This document shows positions 26,079-33,675 of a stretch of DNA of 34,588 nucleotides, in pieces; position 1 is the first letter of the stretch, and the number at the start of each line of letters is the position of its first letter. Made by a program: the position numbers and the translations under genes. The notes below the pieces were generated by a model, which worked only from the letters and a program-made list of their open reading frames with translations, was not told the origin of the DNA and searched no databases. The DNA is from a virus (Duplodnaviria; Caudoviricetes): positions 1 to 34,588 of the IMG/VR virus record IMGVR_UViG_3300006735_000100. One strand, written 5' to 3'.

Positions 26079-27332
26079 TTATTTTTTAATTTTAAATTTT
26101 AATTTTGAAGAATCATCACCTAAAACCTTAAACTTAAATCCATCCTCATTAGTAGAACCAGAAAGACCTTGTCTTGGGTTCATGTCTATATTCTTAGACT
26201 TTGAGATACTTTCTTTTAAAGCATCTGCTTTACCTTGCTGATAGAAATGACTTGCGATAGCGTCGGGATTCATTGCTGTAAACATTGATTTATGATAACC
26301 TTTAGCATCTGATATTTCGTTGTTTTCATTTAGAAACCTTCCAATGAAATTAGTAATATCACTTTGATTACTTTTAACTTTGTCTACTTCTTTGATATTA
26401 TATCTGTATTTTTTATCTCCAACATCATATTCAAAACCTTTGAAATTGTTAGAAAAAACTTCGTTAGTTCTTTTATTAAATACTGATTTTTGTCTTTCAG
26501 CTATCTTGTTTTTTTGCTCAGACTCTTTATTGTAACGATTAAAAAAATCAATTGCTTTTTTTTGCTCAGGCGCTAACTTAGAACCCATTTTGATCTCTTC
26601 ATAATATTTAGACTTTTGCCCGTCTAAGTGGACTCTAGCATTAGCAACTTGCTCTTTAAATGCTAGTTTTTTTCTTTTAACCTCTCTTTCATCATCTAAT
26701 TCTTCATCATAAAGAAAAGTATCTTCAATTAAAAAATTGATTTCATCATTTGATAAATGAGGTTTTGTTTGTTTATAGTAATCCAATAATAACGAATTAT
26801 CATCAATCTTACTGTAATCTTGATTTAGTCTAACATAATCTTCTAGACTTCCTCCAGTTTCATCCATAAAGTCAACCACCTTTTGTATATTTTCAGGTAA
26901 ATCAACTCCTGTTTCTTTTTGTTCTTCTACAGCTTCTTTAACTTCTTCAGTTAAATCTTCTGTTTTTTCTTGAACTTCTTCTTCAGTTACCTCCTCGAGA
27001 ATGCTGTCTTGCTCATCCTTGGAAACTTGTTCTTTATTTTCTTCTGGGATTGAATCTTTGGTTGTGGTGTCTTCGACCACTGGCTGTTCTTGTGATATTG
27101 GTTGTTCATCTTGTTTTTCTTCTTCTTTAGTAATCACCTCTTCTTGAGATTTATTAACTTCTCTAAGATCTATTTTAACAACTTCATCTTTTTGTTGTTT
27201 CATAGAAGGTTTTTTCTTAACCTTAAATTCAGGTTCTTTTTTAACTGATTCTTTTTTAACTTCTACTTTTTCTTGTTTGTTTTCAGTTGTAGCTTCTACA
27301 ACCTCTTCTAATTGTTCTTTTTTCTTAGCCAT
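26079..27332 (-). CDS. Acidic scaffold-like head assembly protein, 417 aa
   Basis: Located between portal and MCP; E/K-rich disordered N-terminal third, then helical LPENIQKVVDFM.ETGGSLEDYVRLN.DY region. Confidence 0.75.
   Translation of the reverse strand: MAKKKEQLEEVVEATTENKQEKVEVKKESVKKEPEFKVKKKPSMKQQKDEVVKIDLREVNKSQEEVITKEEEKQDEQPISQEQPVVEDTTTKDSIPEENKEQVSKDEQDSILEEVTEEEVQEKTEDLTEEVKEAVEEQKETGVDLPENIQKVVDFMDETGGSLEDYVRLNQDYSKIDDNSLLLDYYKQTKPHLSNDEINFLIEDTFLYDEELDDEREVKRKKLAFKEQVANARVHLDGQKSKYYEEIKMGSKLAPEQKKAIDFFNRYNKESEQKNKIAERQKSVFNKRTNEVFSNNFKGFEYDVGDKKYRYNIKEVDKVKSNQSDITNFIGRFLNENNEISDAKGYHKSMFTAMNPDAIASHFYQQGKADALKESISKSKNIDMNPRQGLSGSTNEDGFKFKVLGDDSSKLKFKIKK
26987..27109 (-). CDS. 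Candidate overprinted basic peptide in +1 frame of scaffold gene, 40 aa (MNNQYHKNSQWSKTPQPKIQSQKKIKNKFPRMSKTAFSRR)
   Basis: Manual translation. Scaffold GC3 is 15/41 codons inside this interval versus 0 in the next ~35 codons; A-rich leader with A at -3. Confidence 0.4.
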   Translation of the reverse strand: MNNQYHKNSQWSKTPQPKIQSQKKIKNKFPRMSKTAFSRR

Positions 27333-27345
27333 AATATAATATAAT
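27331..27345 (-). repeat. (ATTAT)x3 array running into the scaffold start codon
   Basis: Minus strand ATTATATTATATTATG. Confidence 0.7.
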
Positions 27346-27362
27346 AAAAAAATTAAAAATAA

Positions 27363-29786
27363 TTACCTAGGTTCAAATGAACCTAAGTCAAAACCACCCA
27401 TTGTATCATTACCTGCAGATTCAAAGTTTTTAGGTGGTTTTTCGTTTTTTCTTTGATCAATCAATTCAGATTGTTGACTTGCTTGTATTTTAGTTCTTTG
27501 ATCTTTACGATCTTCTTTTTCTTTTTCTTTGCCCTTAACGGCTTGAACTTCCATCTGCTTCAATTGCATGTTCATTTGAAACTCAAGTTGCATTAACTCT
27601 TTTTTAGCAGCTACTTCTTGTTGCATTTTTTGTGATTCTAGCTGTGCTTTAAGTTGTTCTAATTGACTATCAACTTGAACTAAAGCTTGTTGTTTTTGAA
27701 CTTCTGATTCTGCAGCTGCTTGTTGTTGTTGAGCATTAGCCTGAGCTTGAGCCTGTATATTCTGTTGTGATATTTCTTGATCTTTCTTTTGTTTTTTCTG
27801 TCTTCTTAACTTAAGTAATTGATTTGCTAACTTAATGCTATTTATTTCTCTTAAATCTATAGCATCTTCTAGATCAATGGTTTTTTGTTGAACAGCTACT
27901 TGAATATTGTTTTCAAGCATTTGTTTTTCCTCTTCATCTGGTTTTAATTCTATAAATATACCAAAATCATGAATATGTAAATTAGCCATCTCCTCTAGTG
28001 TTGCCACATTATGAACACCTATACTTTGTATAAAAGCATCTCTTGTAGGAGAATACTCTATTATATCTGATATTCTCAAAGATAGACACTCTGCTAACTG
28101 TGAAGTTAAATCAACACCACCTTGAAGTATATGTCTTGTTGCAGTGTTTGAGTTTGCAGCAGCTAATTTCTGTACACCAACCAACGCTTTAGGATCAGGT
28201 GTGCTACCATCTCTTGCTTCGTTTAATCCAGTTACATCTCTTATCATTTGTAAATAATAATTGTATGTCTGAATAAGTGTTTGCATTTTTTGACCACCAC
28301 TACCGCTAGATATTTCTTGAATAGGTACTTTACCTGGGTTCATATCACCATCAGAAGTGAGTGATCTACCTATAATACTACCAGTTTGGAAGAACATGTT
28401 AAGAGCTTCTTGCGGATTATAGTTTGTACCATTACCAAGATCAACTTCAGCTATACCATCAGCATCTAAGTACACGCCATCAGGTATCATTCTAGACATT
28501 ACTTGCTGCAGTTTCAAATGAGTTAACTGAATCATATCAGCAAATCCAGTTATTCTACTAACTAAAGATTCTACTCTACCATTATATATTCTAGGGGCTA
28601 CGATACTATAATTCATTTTAACTTTAGTGTTATCGCTTTTTGGCCTCATCATATTTTTAGCCATCTCCCACTTTAATAATTTTTTAGTACCTACTATTAA
28701 TGCACCTTCATATAATACCTCTAGTGATCTAGATACTTTTTCAAAATTTTCATCCAATATTTCTACAGGCGGATTAAAAGTATCATCTTTTATTATGATT
28801 TTACTAGCACCAGATGCCGTAGACTTTATTTTATATACTTCATTCATATAAGTTTTATAATTAAAATATAAAACTTCTATTTGATTAGAATCAGAGTTAT
28901 TGTTACTCAAATTCGTTCTACTATATCCTCGTTTTTTAGAACTTGGTTGATTTGTTATTTCTTCTAAATCTTCAGTAGTTAATTCAGGAAATTGTTTTTT
29001 TAATTCATTAATAGGTATTGTCTTAACCTCACCAACATAATATATGTCTTCAAAATCTGGTGATTCAGTGTATGAATAAACTAAATTAGCTGGATCTACA
29101 TATTCTATTTTAACACCTTCTGATTTAGAAAATGTATTTTTAACAGCACCTATACCTATAACGGTTAAATCATAATTGACTCTTTTTCTTATTGAATCAT
29201 ATTTATTTTGATTAAGCAGTACATTAATAGCTTGTTCCTCAGCTAACTCAACATTTTGTTTGTATGATAGTTGCATGTGAAGTTCTAACTCTTCCTTAGA
29301 ATCAGGTAGTTCTTCTTTTGGTGTTGCTGAAAGATTTAAGTTAAAGTTTTCTCTAAAAAAATCATCAAAGTTTTTTAACCTCATATCAGCTAATACGCCT
29401 TCCATATACTCAGTTCTTTTACTAACACCGTAAGGATCTTGAGAATAAGCTTTTATATCAAATGTTCTTTCAGATATACCATTAACAACTATATCAACAA
29501 ATTTAGGTATAATAGGTACTGGTTTCCAGTCTAAATTAAGATAAGATAAATCACCATTTATAGATAACTCATCTTTGTATTTTTGTATAGATTGTTCTCC
29601 TCTAGCATAGAGTCTAAGTCTATGATAACTTGTTTCGTTGCTTTTGAATCTATTAGCTCCAGATTCAGTATCTAACCATTCAGCTTCTATAGCTTGGCCT
29701 ACTTTTAGACCATACTCCATACTTACTTTTTCTAAATCGCTAACTACTTGACTAGGAAATAAATCCTTACTAATTGAATGAGCCAT
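27363..29786 (-). CDS. Portal protein, 807 aa
   Basis: Directly after TerL; LRLYARGEQSIQKYK...NLDWKPVPIIPKFVDIVVNG...IRDVTGLNEARDGS and a long Q-rich C-terminal barrel helix. Confidence 0.9.
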   Translation of the reverse strand: MAHSISKDLFPSQVVSDLEKVSMEYGLKVGQAIEAEWLDTESGANRFKSNETSYHRLRLYARGEQSIQKYKDELSINGDLSYLNLDWKPVPIIPKFVDIVVNGISERTFDIKAYSQDPYGVSKRTEYMEGVLADMRLKNFDDFFRENFNLNLSATPKEELPDSKEELELHMQLSYKQNVELAEEQAINVLLNQNKYDSIRKRVNYDLTVIGIGAVKNTFSKSEGVKIEYVDPANLVYSYTESPDFEDIYYVGEVKTIPINELKKQFPELTTEDLEEITNQPSSKKRGYSRTNLSNNNSDSNQIEVLYFNYKTYMNEVYKIKSTASGASKIIIKDDTFNPPVEILDENFEKVSRSLEVLYEGALIVGTKKLLKWEMAKNMMRPKSDNTKVKMNYSIVAPRIYNGRVESLVSRITGFADMIQLTHLKLQQVMSRMIPDGVYLDADGIAEVDLGNGTNYNPQEALNMFFQTGSIIGRSLTSDGDMNPGKVPIQEISSGSGGQKMQTLIQTYNYYLQMIRDVTGLNEARDGSTPDPKALVGVQKLAAANSNTATRHILQGGVDLTSQLAECLSLRISDIIEYSPTRDAFIQSIGVHNVATLEEMANLHIHDFGIFIELKPDEEEKQMLENNIQVAVQQKTIDLEDAIDLREINSIKLANQLLKLRRQKKQKKDQEISQQNIQAQAQANAQQQQAAAESEVQKQQALVQVDSQLEQLKAQLESQKMQQEVAAKKELMQLEFQMNMQLKQMEVQAVKGKEKEKEDRKDQRTKIQASQQSELIDQRKNEKPPKNFESAGNDTMGGFDLGSFEPR

Positions 29787-29790
29787 ATTT

Positions 29791-32001
29791 TTATTTTATT
29801 ATTATTGATGAGCTTCCTTCGTTTTGATACTTTGAGAAACTAATATTTATATTTTGTTTTTCTTTTTTAACATTAGGTGCATATAAATTTCTATTACAAG
29901 CCATAACCGCTAAACCTGAGCTTATTGCAGCATCAAATCTTGTTCTATTATTTATATCAAATCTAGACCAATCATTTAATGTTCTATTAAAATACATATC
30001 ACCATAGTTACCATTGGTTTTTAAACCAACATGTTCTTGTATATACATTTCAATAGCTGCTGCGTGTGCTTGTCTAATATCTTCGCTAGAGTTAGGTATA
30101 CCACCAATCTCTTTTTCCGTAGTAGATAATTTGTTCCAACTTCTATCTGGTCTGTTCATAGAATAACCTCTATAACCTCTACGCCTTAAGTAGTATAAAA
30201 GTCTAGGTTTATTATTCTCTGCTAGTATTGGCATACCATAAAATATTAATGCCATCAAAACATCTTCAAAAAACATCTCAGCAGTCTGAGGTCTAGCAAT
30301 GTATTCTAAGAAGAAGTGATTAGGAGGAGCATCTTCCATAGAGAATTTGGTGAGTCCATGAAGAGCTCCTTTGGAACCTAGCCCGTCGACCGTCCCCGAA
30401 ATATCATAACTATCACATCCAAATGCTCCTATATGCTCGTTACCTGGTGTTTTATAACCATTACGTTCAATGACTTTATTTTGCAAATGAGCAGGTGGTA
30501 TCCAACTTATTTTAAACCTACCTTTTGGATCTGGATAAAATATAACTTGTGAATCTTTAATACCATTAACCCATTGAAAACTGCCAGTGTTAACTGATAA
30601 AGATCCTGATATATCCTCGTTATAATCTATTTGTTCGTATATTTTAGTTAAGTTAAATATACTATTCTTAGTTTCATCTCTAAATGCATGCTCCTCTGTT
30701 CTAGGAAATTGCCTATAAAATTCATTTAAAGCATCAGGATCATTTTTTAATCCATCAACTTCATTCTGCCAATGCTCTAATATACCTATGTCTATGTATT
30801 CACCAAAAGGTCCTTTAACCTCTTCATCTGGTGTGTCAAATACCGGCTGACCGTACTCATCAATAAACCCTTCGTAATTCCATTCCATAGGAATAAAAAG
30901 ACTATAAAGACCAGAACTAGTTTGCCCATTTTTGTTTCTTTTAGTTATATCGGAATCTCTGTATAGTTTCTTAAAATTTTCACCACCTTTGTCTAAAGCA
31001 TTAGACGTAGATCCCATCATGCATTTACCAATAATTCTGCTACCTAACCTTAAGGTTGTTTTTGTGACCCTCCAATTGTTGAGGATATTGTTTGGCCTCT
31101 CCCACTTCCCTGATTCATCATGTACAAGGAGTTTAAGTTTCTCCCCATCGTAGGAGTTATCTCCTGTATTTTTCCAGTCGATTGTGGTGTCCAAGCCTTG
31201 TAAATCTTCTGGTTTGTCCGTGCTCGTGATACTCCGTCTGGTAAGCTTCGATGCTGGTACTCTGAAAGCGAGTTCTGTTTTAGGTCTATCCATACCGTCT
31301 TGGATTGGTTTAAAGAAGAACGGGTAGTTGACGGATATTGGCACCACTTTGTCGGTGAACATTTTCTTAGCATCGGGACCGGACTTGGACAAAATCCCAT
31401 AGCGTGCATCACTGGATATTGTTGCCAGGTTAACGGTTTCACCACTCGCCATGAAAGAGAACCCTGACCGTCTATTCTTAAGGTAACACATTCCATAAGA
31501 TCGTATATCGGCCTTACAGGCTTCCCAAAAGATATAGAATAATCTATTGGCCTCACGGAAGTCTGGCTTGCCGACGTCAATTTTACTCCACTGCAAGTAC
31601 ATGTAATGAGTGCCAGTAATATAAGTAGGATTACTGTTGTTATAATACCATAAGCCTTCCTCTCTAATTTTGAACTCATTTTCTATATATTCTATGTACC
31701 TCTCTTTAAACTCATTTGGATATTCTTTCCAGTCAAATATTGTTTTAATTTTATTTAATTCTTTGGGATATTCTTTTTGCTCAAACTTATTACTTTTAAA
31801 CTTTACTACATTTTCAGCTTTAGGCAAGGCAACCTTTAATCCTTGTATGCTATACACATCGCCAATTTTACCAGTCTTGCTGATTACAATAACATCGTGC
31901 TCTTTGTTATAACCGTAATCCCATTTTTTGGTTTTATTAAGTCTAGATATAGTACTCTTCTTTATTGGTTCTATAACCTTATATAAAGTTTGTTCGTACA
32001 T
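29791..32001 (-). CDS. terL: Terminase large subunit, 736 aa
   Basis: ITG.HY.YL, Walker A variant LKNRRSGFS, Walker B LLVHDESGK, coupling MGST, RQFP, nuclease FGCDSY, LAENN, FDAAISSG. Confidence 0.93.
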   Translation of the reverse strand: MYEQTLYKVIEPIKKSTISRLNKTKKWDYGYNKEHDVIVISKTGKIGDVYSIQGLKVALPKAENVVKFKSNKFEQKEYPKELNKIKTIFDWKEYPNEFKERYIEYIENEFKIREEGLWYYNNSNPTYITGTHYMYLQWSKIDVGKPDFREANRLFYIFWEACKADIRSYGMCYLKNRRSGFSFMASGETVNLATISSDARYGILSKSGPDAKKMFTDKVVPISVNYPFFFKPIQDGMDRPKTELAFRVPASKLTRRSITSTDKPEDLQGLDTTIDWKNTGDNSYDGEKLKLLVHDESGKWERPNNILNNWRVTKTTLRLGSRIIGKCMMGSTSNALDKGGENFKKLYRDSDITKRNKNGQTSSGLYSLFIPMEWNYEGFIDEYGQPVFDTPDEEVKGPFGEYIDIGILEHWQNEVDGLKNDPDALNEFYRQFPRTEEHAFRDETKNSIFNLTKIYEQIDYNEDISGSLSVNTGSFQWVNGIKDSQVIFYPDPKGRFKISWIPPAHLQNKVIERNGYKTPGNEHIGAFGCDSYDISGTVDGLGSKGALHGLTKFSMEDAPPNHFFLEYIARPQTAEMFFEDVLMALIFYGMPILAENNKPRLLYYLRRRGYRGYSMNRPDRSWNKLSTTEKEIGGIPNSSEDIRQAHAAAIEMYIQEHVGLKTNGNYGDMYFNRTLNDWSRFDINNRTRFDAAISSGLAVMACNRNLYAPNVKKEKQNINISFSKYQNEGSSSIIIK
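31050..31679 (-). CDS. Candidate overprinted exported/lipoprotein-like protein in +1 frame of terL, 209 aa
   Basis: 210 stop-free codons in an AT-rich genome, locally raised terL GC3, selective avoidance of stop-forming codons, and an N-terminal basic + hydrophobic + Cys signal-like sequence. Confidence 0.6.
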   Translation of the reverse strand: MSSKLERKAYGIITTVILLILLALITCTCSGVKLTSASQTSVRPIDYSISFGKPVRPIYDLMECVTLRIDGQGSLSWRVVKPLTWQQYPVMHAMGFCPSPVPMLRKCSPTKWCQYPSTTRSSLNQSKTVWIDLKQNSLSEYQHRSLPDGVSRARTNQKIYKAWTPQSTGKIQEITPTMGRNLNSLYMMNQGSGRGQTISSTIGGSQKQP

Positions 32002-32279
32002 TATTTAGATCTCTTTTCAGCAAAACCACCAAATGAAACATCTTTAGTTGTATCAACTGGTATTTTGTTTTCTAATATATTCTCTTCTTCTTGTATGCGA
32101 TTAAGTATTTCAAAAGCATCAAATATAGCTAGCTTTTTAGTTGCTGCTGCATTCTTTAATCTATCAGCAGATATATCATCATCTGAATCAACTATAGCTT
32201 CTTTAGCTACTTTAATTAATTCCTCAACTGCCACTTGCCCAGCTTGGATTATACTCTTCTTCGTTTCCTTGATATTCAT
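32001..32279 (-). CDS. Small helical protein upstream of TerL; candidate terminase small subunit, 92 aa
   Basis: TAATG-coupled to terL; AG..AVEELIKVAKE...ADRLKNAAATKKLAIFDAFEIL. Function inferred from position only. Confidence 0.55.
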   Translation of the reverse strand: MNIKETKKSIIQAGQVAVEELIKVAKEAIVDSDDDISADRLKNAAATKKLAIFDAFEILNRIQEEENILENKIPVDTTKDVSFGGFAEKRSK

Positions 32280-32829
32280 ATTTGATTGAAATAAAATTAG
32301 TCATAACTCTATATAGTTTTTCACCATCTATTACAAACTCATATTCACTGTTAGGTAAAAAACCCACAAGATCGCCATTATTTATACCATAACTAATTAA
32401 CTCATCATTAGTTAATTTCATTATACCTGTTAGTGGCTTTTCTTTATCAGTATCAAATTTATTGTCTTGGTGTATAGGCTTTACAAAGCAAAACCCTTTC
32501 ATAGCAGACCACTTTTTATTTCTTTTGTAAGAAAATATTTGATCTTCTCTAACACAATAAGTGTTTTCGTCTATAAAGCTTCTACTGTTTTTTTCTTCAC
32601 CTCTAACATTATGCCATCTTCTAAACACATTATGATGAATTATAACTTCATCACCTATTTGTAATTCAGTATCTATGGCTAAAGGTAAATGCTTTATAAC
32701 AGCTTCTCTACTAACGTATTGATGATTAAAAATTTCAGTATTTAATACAAGTTCTTTATCACCAACCTTTTTAGTATTATTATATCTAGTATCCTTTGGT
32801 TCAATTATAAAGTCATAAATACTTTTCAT
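32224..32829 (-). CDS. GroES-like co-chaperonin-fold protein (two tandem GroES-like units), 201 aa
   Basis: Two units: DFIIEP...LQIGDEVIIHH...YCVREDQIF and FCFVKP...GINNGDLVGF..NSEYEFVIDGEKLYRVM...I, matching the GroES pattern. Confidence 0.7.
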   Translation of the reverse strand: MKSIYDFIIEPKDTRYNNTKKVGDKELVLNTEIFNHQYVSREAVIKHLPLAIDTELQIGDEVIIHHNVFRRWHNVRGEEKNSRSFIDENTYCVREDQIFSYKRNKKWSAMKGFCFVKPIHQDNKFDTDKEKPLTGIMKLTNDELISYGINNGDLVGFLPNSEYEFVIDGEKLYRVMTNFISIKYEYQGNEEEYNPSWASGS

Positions 32830-33053
32830 TAATACTGTAGATTATATTCAACAGATACAGCCATATTTTTGTTAAAATCTTTCCATATCAAAACATCTTT
32901 TTCTTTTTTGATATAGATACTGTATTTATCGTCTTCTTCTATAATATTACAAATTGTATGCCCTCCGTAGACCTCTTGGCCCACGGAGTAATGCATAGCT
33001 TCATTTTTATAATCTTTACCAATACTAATCTTACGTATTAGCTTGCTGCTCAT
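32829..33053 (-). CDS. Small conserved phage protein, 74 aa (MSSKLIRKISIGKDYKNEAMHYSVGQEVYGGH...)
   Basis: Start re-assigned to ATG 33053 to minimise overlap with the upstream gene; TAATG-coupled to the GroES-like gene. Confidence 0.75.
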   Translation of the reverse strand: MSSKLIRKISIGKDYKNEAMHYSVGQEVYGGHTICNIIEEDDKYSIYIKKEKDVLIWKDFNKNMAVSVEYNLQY

Positions 33054-33291
33054 CTTCTTTGATTGGTTCATAGGTACCATCAACGATATTGATGCTAACT
33101 TTACCATATTCCTTTTCTAGCTTATCTTGTATTTCTTTTAACACAGTTTGGCTAGTTGCTAACTCATGAAGCATATTATGCTTTTGAGTTTCAAGTTGTC
33201 CAATTTGCAATTGAGCTTGATTAATTATATTAACCCTTCCTTGCAACTCTTTTAACTCTTCGTCTTTGATTTTTAATACTATATCTTCCAT
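33031..33291 (-). CDS. Small coiled-coil protein, 86 aa
   Basis: Heptad pattern ending LEKEYGKVSINIVDGTY; A-rich leader. Confidence 0.75.
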   Translation of the reverse strand: MEDIVLKIKDEELKELQGRVNIINQAQLQIGQLETQKHNMLHELATSQTVLKEIQDKLEKEYGKVSINIVDGTYEPIKEDEQQANT

Positions 33292-33338
33292 TTTACTTTG
33301 TTTTATATGATTAAATTTAATTTACTTATAAATAGGTA

Positions 33339-33671
33339 TTACACACCAATTGTTTTTGTTACTACTGTTGGTGTAATTTTCTCAGCTATCTGATTGTCAA
33401 GAGCACTTTTTAACTCTTTAACTTTTTCTTCACCTAATCCTGATTCAACCCAACCAATTATATCTGATTCTTTAAGATCAGCGAAAGCAGTAAAGGTACT
33501 TAAATCATCTGTATTAATAGATTCTACGCCATAAATAGTTCCTGAATTTTTATCTTTAGTATCATCTTCAGCATTTAATCTCCAGTGAACATTAAATATT
33601 ACGTCAGACTTTTTGTCTTTAGTTGGATATGTATCGACTGTCTTACAGTCCCATGTATATGTTATTGCCAT
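33339..33671 (-). CDS. Tail-fibre-associated small protein, 110 aa
   Basis: YTW.C...DVIFNVHW...F.AFADL....IGWV...LG...L..QI; lies directly downstream of the S74 fibre. Confidence 0.7.
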   Translation of the reverse strand: MAITYTWDCKTVDTYPTKDKKSDVIFNVHWRLNAEDDTKDKNSGTIYGVESINTDDLSTFTAFADLKESDIIGWVESGLGEEKVKELKSALDNQIAEKITPTVVTKTIGV

Positions 33672-33675
33672 TGTT

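Noticed and set aside
33030-33053. N-terminus MSSKLIRK resembles MSSKLERK of the terL-nested ORF
   Set aside because: The codons differ at most positions and similarity stops after 8 residues; probably coincidence.
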